Translations under genes and position numbers: made by a program
Virus record (IMG/VR): IMGVR_UViG_3300035696_000018
Coordinates: 42,776 to 106,775 of that record
DNA length: 64,000 nucleotides
From: a virus
Reading direction: 5' to 3' (one strand)
Notes under the pieces: model-generated
Database searches by the model: none
The model's input: the letters and a program-made list of their open reading frames with translations, nothing else
What the model was told of the DNA's origin: nothing
Part shown: positions 40,170 to 50,219 of the stretch, one piece after another
How positions within the stretch are numbered: the stretch's first letter is position 1
Layout of the letters: each line of letters starts with the position of its first letter

Positions 40170-42030
40170 GGCCATCCTCAATAGATTGATTAAGCGTTTC
40201 GGGGTATCTCCTATCTCCGACGCCGACCCCAAACTCCAGCAGTTACTCCAAAGTGGAGAGCACTTCATCAAAGCCCCTGCCGGTTTCGAACCAGCTATCA
40301 CAGGTGGTGGATATGAATGGGATGACTCCATAAACGGGTATCGTCTCGGACAAAACCAGAAGATTTTCCTCCTACCCAATGGAGTTGCTCTATGGGTTTT
40401 CAAGGACATCTTGATTCGAGCCATTCCTCCCCAAAGTATTCAGAAGTGGGTATCCGCCGACGATGAGTACCCAATGGGAAAGGCAAATGCCTTCTTTATC
40501 ATTTACGGCAAGTTGACTGGCCAAGAGTTGGGTCAGAACGAAACCGCTGGCGATGACGTTCCAGACGGTGAAACCGAACCTGGGGATGGTGGTGGATTGG
40601 CTACTGCCGATGACGAGAACCAACCACATTACTCCAAACAAGACATTCAGAAGATGTTGAAGGGTGAGTTTCCTTCTGACGTTCAACAGCATGGTCCGTC
40701 AATGGCAAGTTCTATCCCTGTAGCTGGTGGAGAAGAAGAGCCTGAATCTGAGGTTCCTATCAGTGGAAAGCCATCCAAGCCATCTGGTGCTATGCCTGAC
40801 CGCTCCAAAGTCGGGAACAAGCCCGAAGGCCAGAGCGAGGCAGACAATATCATTCAGACACTTTATAAGCAGGCCAAAGTCAATCCAAAGTTGAAATTGA
40901 GCAAGCAAAATCCAATCCGTTTGGACTCGGATGCGATTATTGATTTGTACAATCGTGCCAAGACGCTTCCTCCCGAAGACAAAGAGAAGCTTATTGCGTT
41001 TCTCAAGAGTGGAGCCGTCAAACCATTGGAAGAGGGACACATTACCAAAGCCACTCTCGAAGCCCTGATGGAACATATCGTCAACGGCATCATGCAAGAA
41101 GTGGACAACGCTAAAAAAAAGTCCCGAGAAAAGAAGAAACCAGCTTCGAAGCCAGCTTCAAAACCGTCTAAACCCGAGCATTCCCAAATGGATTGGGAGC
41201 CAGGGCAAGAGCAAGGATTTGGTCCTCAAAGAACCGATTACGAGAAGTGGGTCATAGCAGTTGCCAATAAGCTTTGGAAAGACCCCGAAGACATCGGAAA
41301 GGGTCGTCCATCGTGGCAAATCATGAAAGTGGTAAAGCACCCATCGGGTGATTACTACTTCCTCGGCAAAGAAAAGACAGTTCATCTTCGTCGAGCCATC
41401 AAGAGAGCAGACAATAAGTGGTACTATCTGGACCCAGATGCCAAGAACCGTGTTGCTGGTCGTGCGTGGATTGAACTTGGAAGGCAACATCCTTCGGACG
41501 AGCCATCCATTGAGCAAGAACAGAGTGCCGCTGGAGCCGCAGGTCCAACCTCGGGTCCGATGACGGTCAAGGACAAAGAAAATCCACTTGAAGAAATGAC
41601 CACGAGCAGCGGTGGTGGTGGAAGTTCGGCTGGCACCACGGGCTATATGGTTCCAGGTGCTTTCTCGAATGCGGGTGGAAGTGAGGCGGGAGTTGCGGGG
41701 TCCGAAAAGTTGGGATACAAACTTACACCTATCGGCAAGCAGGAAATGAGACGGAAGGCCGATAAACTGTACGAATCCGTCAAACACAACTTGAAAATGT
41801 TGAAGGAAATGGCTTCGGGTCTCGGTCCAGATTTTGATAGGGCACAGAGACAATACGATGCTCAAATGCCTCCAGAGTCCGATGACCTTGAATGTCCAAA
41901 CTGCGGTGGTGAAAGTGGGTTTTACACGGACAAAGGTAATCGAGCGGGTGCTTTTTGGTGGAATGCTGAATGCCCCGATTGTGGTCATACGTGGGGAGAT
42001 GACAACTTCGACTCACTAAACGATAGGTAA
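40156..42030 (+). CDS. Putative internal head protein (multi-module)
   Basis: 624 aa; low-complexity linkers; LEE/MQE/LYE/LKE sites; C-terminal CPNC..CPDC. Confidence 0.55.
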   Translation: MIVDKAILNRLIKRFGVSPISDADPKLQQLLQSGEHFIKAPAGFEPAITGGGYEWDDSINGYRLGQNQKIFLLPNGVALWVFKDILIRAIPPQSIQKWVSADDEYPMGKANAFFIIYGKLTGQELGQNETAGDDVPDGETEPGDGGGLATADDENQPHYSKQDIQKMLKGEFPSDVQQHGPSMASSIPVAGGEEEPESEVPISGKPSKPSGAMPDRSKVGNKPEGQSEADNIIQTLYKQAKVNPKLKLSKQNPIRLDSDAIIDLYNRAKTLPPEDKEKLIAFLKSGAVKPLEEGHITKATLEALMEHIVNGIMQEVDNAKKKSREKKKPASKPASKPSKPEHSQMDWEPGQEQGFGPQRTDYEKWVIAVANKLWKDPEDIGKGRPSWQIMKVVKHPSGDYYFLGKEKTVHLRRAIKRADNKWYYLDPDAKNRVAGRAWIELGRQHPSDEPSIEQEQSAAGAAGPTSGPMTVKDKENPLEEMTTSSGGGGSSAGTTGYMVPGAFSNAGGSEAGVAGSEKLGYKLTPIGKQEMRRKADKLYESVKHNLKMLKEMASGLGPDFDRAQRQYDAQMPPESDDLECPNCGGESGFYTDKGNRAGAFWWNAECPDCGHTWGDDNFDSLNDR

Positions 42031-42034
42031 ACAT

Positions 42035-42361
42035 ATGGCAAAGTTTCAACGCATAAACGAGAACGTTTTCAAGCTGATGCCCGAGGCTCAAGCAGCAATG
42101 TCAGCCGAGGAAGTAGCTGCAACGTGGAAAGACGACGAGAATGGTGAATACATCTGTGTTCTTCCAGACGAGAATCGTGCCTATTACTGTGCCCATCGCA
42201 AAGTAATGGAAGAGATTCCAGTTCGCTATGGAAACATCTGGTCGGGCATCAACGTTTGGATGGACGCTCACGGTTTCTACCCAAACATTTGGAGTGCTAA
42301 CGACCACGGAAATTTGACACTTTGGAACCGACGTGGGAAACCGCTCGGCGGATTGGTATAA
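42035..42361 (+). CDS. Hypothetical protein (possible internal head protein)
   Basis: 108-aa ORF in the head cluster, N-terminal INE motif. Confidence 0.5.
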   Translation: MAKFQRINENVFKLMPEAQAAMSAEEVAATWKDDENGEYICVLPDENRAYYCAHRKVMEEIPVRYGNIWSGINVWMDAHGFYPNIWSANDHGNLTLWNRRGKPLGGLV

Positions 42362-43245
42362 TGATTAAGCTAACGAGAATCGTAGAGTCTTATGGTGCCG
42401 AAGGTCAGCTTTATGACCTCGGGCAGGACTTTGCTGCTTTTCGTCGCATGATTGATGGTGCCGACCAACAGATTCGTCAACAGTACGAGAAGCAAATCGC
42501 AGCCAAATTGGTGGGAAAGCGAGTGCGTGCCCGTGCGTCCCGTGGGTACAAACAATACGTCAAGGACTATGAGTTCGATGTCACCAAGATTACCCTCGAC
42601 GATTACTATGACAATTTCGTGGTGGTAGCCTATGATAGCTCGACTCCAAAGCCAAAAGAGTATTTCCTCAAGTCCGGGTTCAAGATTCAGATTCTCGGAC
42701 CTGCTACTGGTAAACCGTCTCCGCAAAAAGGAGGCGACCCACGATTTGAGAAGCCAAAACAGGCCGGACCTATGCCAATCCAGCCAAAGCAGAACCAGGA
42801 TTTGGCCCAATCTCAACCTATGGCTTTAGCTCCCGCAACTCCCGCCGCTTCCGCACCGGCGTTGGATGAAGATGGTAGGAACCAAGGAGAAGGACTTTAT
42901 GATGCCTATGGAGTGGAAGACATCTCCAACGACATCAAGACGTGGTTGCCAAAGCTTCTGTTGAAGCCTGGAACCTCTATGCGTGACTTTGTTAAGGGAT
43001 TGGGTTGGGTGAAAGACCTTGGGCGTGGAACGGTGGTTGCCATGTATGATTTGAGGCTTCCTGGTAACATGATGAAACCAAACGTTAATCAGACTACGAT
43101 ACAGAATTTGCTCGCTCAAGCGAGTGTTTCCCCGCCACCGGGACAAAGCATTGGAACACGCTATGAAGTGGTCAAACTTGAACCCGACCAGCAAAAAGGT
43201 GAGTGGACACTTCGCATAAAGAAGGTAATGTCAAATGAACAATAA
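42361..43245 (+). CDS. Hypothetical protein (possible internal head protein)
   Basis: ATG overlaps the previous stop; MIKLTRIVE N-terminus. Confidence 0.6.
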   Translation: MIKLTRIVESYGAEGQLYDLGQDFAAFRRMIDGADQQIRQQYEKQIAAKLVGKRVRARASRGYKQYVKDYEFDVTKITLDDYYDNFVVVAYDSSTPKPKEYFLKSGFKIQILGPATGKPSPQKGGDPRFEKPKQAGPMPIQPKQNQDLAQSQPMALAPATPAASAPALDEDGRNQGEGLYDAYGVEDISNDIKTWLPKLLLKPGTSMRDFVKGLGWVKDLGRGTVVAMYDLRLPGNMMKPNVNQTTIQNLLAQASVSPPPGQSIGTRYEVVKLEPDQQKGEWTLRIKKVMSNEQ

Positions 43246-43861
43246 TGATAAGAAACTCTTAATGGAGTGCATCACTTTCCAAGCAGACGAAAGAATGCTT
43301 CGAGAGTCAACAGAGCATCCTAATCGTCCATTTACGGTGCGGGGAGTCCTGCAACGCAAAGGCAAGAAGAATCAGAACGGGCGTATTTACCCCGACGACA
43401 TTCTTATCCGTGAGGCGAACAAGTATGCTTCAACATTTATTGCAGACCGACGTGCTATGGGCGAATTGGACCATCCCGAATCCTCGGTGGTGAACCTGAA
43501 AAACGTCTCACATACGGTTACGGAAATGCACTGGGAGGGTGATGACCTTGTTGGTACGGTTGAAGTATTAACCACACCAAATGGCAACATTCTCCGTGAA
43601 CTTTTCCGAAATGGAATCAAGCTTGGTATCTCAAGCCGTGGTCTCGGAACCCTCAAAAAGGTCTCGGAAAACGTGGCAATGGTCGGCGACGACTTTGAAT
43701 TGATTGCCTTCGACTTTGTGTCCAATCCATCAACGCAAGGTGCTTTCATGGCCCCAACGGGTGCCATTCCTCTCGCCGAAGGCATTGTCAAAGACCCAAT
43801 CTCAAGCCGATGGGTCCGCACCGACGACATCGTTCGCAACATTCTTTCCGAAATTGGATAA
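43235..43861 (+). CDS. gp21: Prohead core protease (gp21-like)
   Basis: NQNGRIYP, GELDHP, VSH, GISSRGLG, DFVSNPS. Confidence 0.93.
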   Translation: MNNNDKKLLMECITFQADERMLRESTEHPNRPFTVRGVLQRKGKKNQNGRIYPDDILIREANKYASTFIADRRAMGELDHPESSVVNLKNVSHTVTEMHWEGDDLVGTVEVLTTPNGNILRELFRNGIKLGISSRGLGTLKKVSENVAMVGDDFELIAFDFVSNPSTQGAFMAPTGAIPLAEGIVKDPISSRWVRTDDIVRNILSEIG

Positions 43862-45189
43862 TGAAAAACCTCACGTCATTCTTAAAGCAATGCATCGCTG
43901 AGGTAATCGTCGAACCACGCCCTCAGCCGCCTCGCAAGATGAAGGGCTTACGCTCTTTGGTCAAGCATTGTGTCGCCGAGGTCATCGTCGAACCTGGAAT
44001 AACAGCCGAACGCCTGCGTGAACGAGTCAAAAAGGTTCTCAACAAACGGGTTCACATTGTTGGAAATCCGAAGAAGTTCGACATGAACAAACTTATCAAA
44101 GAATGCACTCTTGAAGTTCTCAAGGAGAGAGTGCTTTCTGAGAACTTTGACCCATTGTCTCAAGGACCAAACATTCCACAAGATAATCCATACCCCGCTT
44201 GGAATGCCAAAATGGCTAAACTCGAAGAGGAAGGCGATTCTTGGGATAGGTATCAAAAAGGATACCAAGCTGGTAAAGCCGACAAAGCTGCCAAAGCCAA
44301 GCCCAAGACGGGAATGGAAAATGTATTCTCGGTAGGATACAACGATGGGTACAGTGGTAAGAAATCTTCTACACCAGACATGGTTCGTAAGACAATCCGT
44401 GAGACTCATCCTCATGGTCGTTATGCTCAACAGGCGGGGGCTACCCCATTCGAGACACCACAAGACTATGAGGAAATCAAAACCTTCCAAGAAATCCGAG
44501 ACAGGGAAGACCCGAAAGGTCTCAACCACAATCTCACTCTGGAATGCGTTCATTGCGGGAGCGTCCACACATGCCGTTGTTCAGCACCCAAAAGGCGTTT
44601 CAAAGGCATATGCGAAACCTGTGCGAAAGTCCCGCTCAAAGAGTGGGGGACGGAAGAAGACACCATCGCCAAAGTCAAAAAGGAAGTCTATTCGGCGTTG
44701 AGGTCACAAGGATTCCAAAAACTCGGGGACGAACCACGAGACTACATGGAATACTATTTGAATGGATTCGTAACTGTTTCCATCTACATCAGTTTCGATG
44801 ACCGAAAAGCCCACGTTGAACGCTATTACGATAGCGAAATGGTGGACAATATTCCTGGTCATCACATTGACACTGCCATTCCAATTCCGCCTCAATATGA
44901 CCCGACTTTCTCAAAGAAACTCGTCGCCGTTTGCGTCAAGTTGAAACAAGCTGCCGCTGGTGATGAATCCCTCTTTGGAGGCATTGATGACATAGAAGAA
45001 CGTGTTCCAGCAATGGAATGGAAATGTCCTCATTGCAAAAAGAAAGCAGGCATCATTCTCGAAGTTGAATCTCCCGCCGATTATGTGGCATTTGCAGACT
45101 GCAACCACTGCGGCAAAGAAATCAGTGACCCCAAGCTGGATAAGGCGATTTACGAGGTCGTACTTCGTCATTACAAAGTTCTGCATTAA
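43861..45189 (+). CDS. Putative multi-module internal head protein
   Basis: Three N-terminal repeats LKQCIAEVIVE/VKHCVAEVIVE/IKECTLEVLKE; two Zn fingers. Confidence 0.55.
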   Translation: MKNLTSFLKQCIAEVIVEPRPQPPRKMKGLRSLVKHCVAEVIVEPGITAERLRERVKKVLNKRVHIVGNPKKFDMNKLIKECTLEVLKERVLSENFDPLSQGPNIPQDNPYPAWNAKMAKLEEEGDSWDRYQKGYQAGKADKAAKAKPKTGMENVFSVGYNDGYSGKKSSTPDMVRKTIRETHPHGRYAQQAGATPFETPQDYEEIKTFQEIRDREDPKGLNHNLTLECVHCGSVHTCRCSAPKRRFKGICETCAKVPLKEWGTEEDTIAKVKKEVYSALRSQGFQKLGDEPRDYMEYYLNGFVTVSIYISFDDRKAHVERYYDSEMVDNIPGHHIDTAIPIPPQYDPTFSKKLVAVCVKLKQAAAGDESLFGGIDDIEERVPAMEWKCPHCKKKAGIILEVESPADYVAFADCNHCGKEISDPKLDKAIYEVVLRHYKVLH

Positions 45190-45195
45190 AATAAG

Positions 45196-45225
45196 TTGCG
45201 GGGCTTCTTCATTCGTTGCTATAAT
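45196..45225 (+). promoter_or_regulatory. sigma70-like promoter at the start of the accessory island
   Basis: TTGCGG-18-TATAAT with TGc extended -10. Confidence 0.55.
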
Positions 45226-45236
45226 ACCCATGTATT

Positions 45237-46187
45237 ATGCAACCATTCCTATTTTCATACGACGATATTTGCCTTCGTCCGAAGCATTCTATCCTGAAAT
45301 CTCGGGATGATGCCGATACGTCGGTAAGTTTTGGTGGATTCAGGTTTGGATTGCCCATCATACCCGCCAATATGGTGGACGTTATCTCGCTCGAACGAGC
45401 ACGGGAGTTGGCCAAAGACGGATACATGTACATCATGCATCGGTTTGGTAACGCTACACAGGAAGCAGTTGACAGCGACCTTGATGGCACCCTCTTAAGC
45501 ATCAGTATCGGCGTCAAGGATGACGACAAACGGTTCCTCGATAAACTGTTTTTGACTCCTGCCTTCATCACTATTGACGTGGCTCATGCGGACCATCAAA
45601 ACGTGGCAGATATGCTTACCCATCTCCACAACATATTTGCATGTGGCGGGTGGGCCATGCGTCCGAAATTCATTGCGGGGAACGTAGCTACGGCTGACGG
45701 ATTCAAGTTTCTTGCCGATGCTGGTGCCGATGTTGTCAAGGTGGGTATCGGAGGCGGGTCCATCTGTACAACCCGCTACAAGACGGGTTTCCACGTCCCT
45801 ACGGCCTATTCTGTATGGGAATGCCGACAAGAGGAAAAGTATCAAGACGTGCCGATTATTGCCGATGGCGGATTGAAGCATTTCGGAGACATCGCCAAGG
45901 CATTAACCCTTGGGGCAGATATGGTTATGTCGGGGAAGTGGTTCGCAGAATGCATTGATTCCCCCGCCAAAATCGAGCATGGAAAGAAGATTTATCGTGG
46001 CTCAACCTCTTACGAGGCAAAGGGTAACAACAATCATGTCGAGGGACAGACGCTTGAAATCGAGCGGGCGTGTACGTATAAAGAACGGCTGGTGGAAATC
46101 AAGCAAGCCCTCCAGAGCAGCATATCGTACGCTGGCGGGAAAGACCTTTCGGCATTCAACACAGTAAAGTGGTATTTATGGCATTAA
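45237..46187 (+). CDS. guaC: GMP reductase (IMPDH/GMPR family)
   Basis: [47 protein letters not shown]; no CBS domains. Confidence 0.85.
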   Translation: MQPFLFSYDDICLRPKHSILKSRDDADTSVSFGGFRFGLPIIPANMVDVISLERARELAKDGYMYIMHRFGNATQEAVDSDLDGTLLSISIGVKDDDKRFLDKLFLTPAFITIDVAHADHQNVADMLTHLHNIFACGGWAMRPKFIAGNVATADGFKFLADAGADVVKVGIGGGSICTTRYKTGFHVPTAYSVWECRQEEKYQDVPIIADGGLKHFGDIAKALTLGADMVMSGKWFAECIDSPAKIEHGKKIYRGSTSYEAKGNNNHVEGQTLEIERACTYKERLVEIKQALQSSISYAGGKDLSAFNTVKWYLWH

Positions 46188-46486
46188 CACGACGCACATT
46201 TCTTCGAAGCCTTGGTGCCTTTGCGGGTGCCATCGGCATTGGACTGACCGTGACCAGACCCCAACAGGGGTTCCGCACAGACTACTATTCCACTTTCACC
46301 GTCAAGGGGCCAGACAACTCCTATTTGATGGGATACAGGGGTTCCCAGTTCCTTGAAACGGGGTTCGTTTACGCCCCGTACATTCCTCTCTACCGAACTC
46401 CCGCAATACACGCTTACGTTCCGCCCAAGTTCATGGAGAAGTATGCGAACTTGACAAGGGGCAAAAATCTGTTACAATTGGCTTGA
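46178..46486 (+). CDS. Twin-arginine-signal mini-protein carrying a major-capsid-protein fragment
   Basis: [23 protein letters not shown]; LMGYRGSQFLETGFVYAPYIPLYRTP is 19/26 identical to the gp23 segment at 61670..61747. Confidence 0.75.
   Translation: MALTRRTFLRSLGAFAGAIGIGLTVTRPQQGFRTDYYSTFTVKGPDNSYLMGYRGSQFLETGFVYAPYIPLYRTPAIHAYVPPKFMEKYANLTRGKNLLQLA
46451..46478 (+). promoter_or_regulatory. sigma70-like promoter
   Basis: TTGACA-16-TACAAT, 9 nt before ATG 46488. Confidence 0.6.
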
Positions 46487-46487
46487 A

Positions 46488-47015
46488 ATGAAAAAGCCTG
46501 AGCGGATGAAGCAAGAAGCCGAGCGAATTCTTGCGAAGTTGGAGTTTGTCGCTCGCCACATACGAAATGTGGAAGACAATACCCTGCTTTTGGGCAAAAA
46601 ACTCATTGAGCGGGGAGATATTGCTTTGGGCCATAAGCTGATTGCCAATGGTCAGGTTCACGATGCCAGCAAGTTTCACGGCATTGAGTTCGAATATCTA
46701 TCTCTCAACAATCCCACAGATGAGAATAAGCAGTTGAAACTCAAGTTGGCGGTACATCATCACAATACCACCAACCCGCATCACCCCGAATACTGGTCGG
46801 GCGGCATCAAAGAAATGCCGAGTGTGTACGTGGCCGAAATGGTCGCCGATTGGAAGGCCCGTTCAGAAGAATTTGGTTCATCGCTCCGAGATTGGATTGA
46901 CGAGCACGCAACTAAACGCTTTGGCTTCACTAAGGAAGACAAAGTGTACGAAGAAATAATGGAGTATGTCAACTTGTTGTGCCAGACTCCGTTTACAGCA
47001 GTTACAAACACATGA
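46488..47015 (+). CDS. DUF5662-like HD-motif protein
   Basis: HI..V, HDASKF, HHH..NPHHPEYW, EMVADW. Confidence 0.7.
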   Translation: MKKPERMKQEAERILAKLEFVARHIRNVEDNTLLLGKKLIERGDIALGHKLIANGQVHDASKFHGIEFEYLSLNNPTDENKQLKLKLAVHHHNTTNPHHPEYWSGGIKEMPSVYVAEMVADWKARSEEFGSSLRDWIDEHATKRFGFTKEDKVYEEIMEYVNLLCQTPFTAVTNT

Positions 47016-47413
47016 CACCCAAATCAATAAACCAAGCAGTGGCAGAGCAAGTTGAAAAGCTTGGCTCTGCGAAAGTTGTTGAGTCCGTTGTCGAGAAACT
47101 CGTCAATGTGGAACTCACGAAACGGGCCGACGCCCTCGCAGCGGCCATCAAGTTGGCCGAAGACACTTTGCGGGAACAACGCAAGGCTTCCAAAGCCGAC
47201 CAAGTTGCCGTCACCACCACAGGGGAACGGGTCGAGACCTTCTCGCCCAAAGCATATGAAGCCCTCAAGAAGCTGAACGAGAAACTCGCCAAAATCGAGA
47301 AGGTCGTTCAGAATGCCACGGAAAACGGCGACTGGGGCAAGCTGTATGAACTCGTGAAAAACGGCGGTCAGCAACCCGCAGCCGAGTCCAATGACAGCAA
47401 CGCAACTGCTTAA
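47012..47413 (+). CDS. Hypothetical coiled-coil protein
   Basis: ATGA overlap with the previous gene; K/E/A-rich. Confidence 0.6.
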   Translation: MTPKSINQAVAEQVEKLGSAKVVESVVEKLVNVELTKRADALAAAIKLAEDTLREQRKASKADQVAVTTTGERVETFSPKAYEALKKLNEKLAKIEKVVQNATENGDWGKLYELVKNGGQQPAAESNDSNATA

Positions 47414-47729
47414 GGAAGTCAAGGCAAGGGCAGACGCTCGCATGGATGAAACCGTCGAGCGTCTGCTTCCTCTTGTACGGAATTATCATGCTCACCAAGC
47501 ATGGCGTGGCGAGTGCCTTTGCCAGTACTGCCAGTTCATCCGACATGAGTATGTTCCCTACAAGATGCAGATGCACAAACTCAAAAAGCGTATCCGCTAT
47601 TTGGAGTGGGCGAACAATGATGTAGATATTCATATCGCATGGGCCAATGACCAACGGCTTCTGGAAATGACCCTCGAATTGCTTAAGATTAAGCATCACA
47701 AAAAGCAACTCAAATCTGGGAATGATTGA
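47391..47729 (+). CDS. Hypothetical protein
   Basis: 112 aa with CLCQYC; operon packing. Confidence 0.5.
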   Translation: MTATQLLKEVKARADARMDETVERLLPLVRNYHAHQAWRGECLCQYCQFIRHEYVPYKMQMHKLKKRIRYLEWANNDVDIHIAWANDQRLLEMTLELLKIKHHKKQLKSGND

Positions 47730-47985
47730 CTGGACTCAGACTCCGAAGGAAACCATAGAACGAGGCGAGGAATGGATTCGGGGAGAGGACATTGAGTCCA
47801 CGACACCCATTCACACTCACCCGCCTCGCACTTGGCGTTACTACCTTGCTTGGGGCATCATGTTTGCCTTACTTATCACTTTTCTCACGGGCACAGGGTT
47901 TGTCATCCTACACAAAGGTCAGAATGTCATTCAACGATACATCGAAAAAATCGGTTATGGACTTGACAACCCCGATGGGAAGTGA
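47722..47985 (+). CDS. Hypothetical membrane protein
   Basis: Single hydrophobic segment YYLAWGIMFALLITFLTGTGFVIL. Confidence 0.5.
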   Translation: MIDWTQTPKETIERGEEWIRGEDIESTTPIHTHPPRTWRYYLAWGIMFALLITFLTGTGFVILHKGQNVIQRYIEKIGYGLDNPDGK

Positions 47986-47991
47986 TATATT
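47963..47991 (+). promoter_or_regulatory. sigma70-like promoter
   Basis: TTGACA-17-TATATT, 9 nt before ATG 48001. Confidence 0.6.
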
Positions 47992-48000
47992 CCTTCAACT

Positions 48001-49185
48001 ATGATGGATTGGCTCGAAAAAAACACAGTTTATGTAACGCTTGGGGGTTCCCAGGCTTACGGACTTGCCAACGAACTTTCGGACGTTGACGTTAAAGGAA
48101 TCTGTGTGCCCCCGCCCGAAGTGGAGTATCACCTTTACCACCGCTTCGAGCAGGCACAAAACGTCAAGTGGCTCGAAGAGAAGTTGGCTCACGTCAAGAA
48201 CCCCAAGAACCCGAAGTTTGAGTCGGAACTCTACTCGCTTCGCAAGTTCTTCCTCTTGGCCGCAGAAGTCAACCCGAACATCATCGAGTTGCTTTTCACG
48301 GACCCGAAGGACCACTTCGTTTGCGAGCCTCTGATGCAGAAGCTTTTGGCCAACCGCCAACTGTTCCTCTCCAACAAGGCCCGCTATACGTTCGCTGGCT
48401 ACGCTTGCGACCAAGCCAAGAAAATCGAGAGGCACCGCAAGTGGATTGTCATGGGCGAAGTGAAGGAGCCGAATCGTGCCGATTTCGGTCTTCCCGCTGC
48501 CCCTCAAAAGGGCTTGGACGAAGTGTTTGGGCAAATCAAGGCTCAAGTCGAAGAGTGGAATCTCAATCAGTTCCCACTTGACGAACAAGAGCGTGCTGAA
48601 CTCAAGAACACACTTTGGGACGTGATGACGGAATTGGTCGGAACGGAAATCTCGGTGTCCAACTGGCCCGATAAGTACTCCGAAGCGGCCATCCACAAGA
48701 TGCAGCAGGACTTCAACCTCAGTGAGGATGTCGTTCGCTATATCTATGCGGAACGTCAGTTCGCCAAGGCCATGCAACTCTACAAGAGTTGGCTGTCTTG
48801 GAAGAAAGAACGCAATCCCGCTCGCCGTGCGTTGGAAGAGAAGAGTGGCTACGACACGAAGCACGCTTCTCACCTTGTCCGACTCATGAGAATGGGTTAC
48901 GAAATCATCACGACTGGCCAAGTCATTGTCAAGCGTCCAGACGCCGAAGAAATCGTCGCCATCAAAAATGGTGCATGGTCCTTTGAGAAAGTCATGGAGT
49001 TCAAGGCTGAAATGGAAGCGAAGCTTGAGGCGGAATACAACCGCCAGAAGGCTCTAATCGCCGAAGGCAAGCCTACACCACTTCCTCGTTCGTCAGACAA
49101 GGAAGTGCTGAACAAGCTGTATCACGACCTTTACAACGAGTACTGGTCGGACCACAAGCCACTTGACCTTGCGGAATATGGCTGA
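48001..49185 (+). CDS. Pol-beta-superfamily nucleotidyltransferase (YcgL/RlaP-like)
   Basis: GSQAYGL...SDVDVKG; NPNIIELLF; GYDTKHASHLVRL. Confidence 0.85.
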   Translation: MMDWLEKNTVYVTLGGSQAYGLANELSDVDVKGICVPPPEVEYHLYHRFEQAQNVKWLEEKLAHVKNPKNPKFESELYSLRKFFLLAAEVNPNIIELLFTDPKDHFVCEPLMQKLLANRQLFLSNKARYTFAGYACDQAKKIERHRKWIVMGEVKEPNRADFGLPAAPQKGLDEVFGQIKAQVEEWNLNQFPLDEQERAELKNTLWDVMTELVGTEISVSNWPDKYSEAAIHKMQQDFNLSEDVVRYIYAERQFAKAMQLYKSWLSWKKERNPARRALEEKSGYDTKHASHLVRLMRMGYEIITTGQVIVKRPDAEEIVAIKNGAWSFEKVMEFKAEMEAKLEAEYNRQKALIAEGKPTPLPRSSDKEVLNKLYHDLYNEYWSDHKPLDLAEYG

Positions 49186-49387
49186 GTATCAATATCGGAA
49201 AAATGACGGCAAATGGCGTCGGGTTGAGTCAATGGATGACTTAGCCGACGCCATCTATGATTTAGGCCCACGGGGCACCATAGAAATCAAACAGGTATGC
49301 GAACACGAAAAAACTTGGAATGACCACGGCATTCGTACCTGTGAAAATTGCGGACAACAACTCGAAGTAACCAGTTACAGAGACTAA
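49178..49387 (+). CDS. Small hypothetical protein
   Basis: CEH...CENC; operon packing. Confidence 0.45.
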   Translation: MAEYQYRKNDGKWRRVESMDDLADAIYDLGPRGTIEIKQVCEHEKTWNDHGIRTCENCGQQLEVTSYRD

Positions 49388-49388
49388 T

Positions 49389-50219
49389 ATGATTGGAGCA
49401 ATAATCGGCGACATCATTGGGTCTCCCTATGAAGGGGGATATAGGCGTTCCGTAACCACCAAGGAATTCCCCCTATTCAGCACGGACTCTCGCTTTACGG
49501 ATGACAGCGTACTGACGTGTGCAACCGCACAGGCGTTGATGCAGCCGTCGCTCTCACCCTATCCTCGACGCTTCGCCCAACAGTACAAACAATGGGCACT
49601 CCGTTATCCCGACCGAGGATATGGCAGCAAGTTCAAAGAGTGGGTTGCGAACCCCAAATTCATAGTGAACCACAGCTATGCCAATGGGTGTATGATGCGG
49701 TGCAGCCCGATTGCCATCTTCTACAATGACAGAGAAACTGCATTGAAGCGGGCGTTGCAGAGTATTCAATACACTCACTCTTCTCCCGAGTCGGCCCGTG
49801 GAGTTCTTTCCATTGTCGAAGCCATTTGGATGGCCAGACATGGGGCATCCAAAGAGGAAATCAAAGCCCGAGTTCAAGAGCAATATGGGCACATGCTCAA
49901 CCTTTCATTGAAAGAACTGCGTGCCAAGGCATCACGAGACATCCGTTGCAATCTAACGGCTCCCCAGGCATTGATATGCTTTATGGAGTCGAGAGATTAC
50001 GAGGAAGCGGTTCGTAACGCCGTTTACACGTTGGGAGATACTGATACTATTGCGGCAATTGCGGGAGCAATTGCTGAACAATACTACGGGGCTAACTCCA
50101 TCCCGTCTCGTATAACGTCTCCCGCCAAGATTCGCCTCAGTTCGGAAATGGACGAGGTAATCAACACATTCTACGCTAAATGTGGGCCTGATAAATTTGG
50201 TCAAACTGTTGGACTATGA
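49389..50219 (+). CDS. ADP-ribosylglycohydrolase (DraG/ARH family)
   Basis: GAIIGDIIGS.YE, TDDS, SYANGCMMR, THS, GDTDT.AAIAG. Confidence 0.9.
   Translation: MIGAIIGDIIGSPYEGGYRRSVTTKEFPLFSTDSRFTDDSVLTCATAQALMQPSLSPYPRRFAQQYKQWALRYPDRGYGSKFKEWVANPKFIVNHSYANGCMMRCSPIAIFYNDRETALKRALQSIQYTHSSPESARGVLSIVEAIWMARHGASKEEIKARVQEQYGHMLNLSLKELRAKASRDIRCNLTAPQALICFMESRDYEEAVRNAVYTLGDTDTIAAIAGAIAEQYYGANSIPSRITSPAKIRLSSEMDEVINTFYAKCGPDKFGQTVGL

Noticed and set aside
46173-46180. TATTTATG as a late promoter for the Tat-capsid mini-protein
   Set aside because: It overlaps the start codon itself and lies in the guaC coding end, so it cannot be supported
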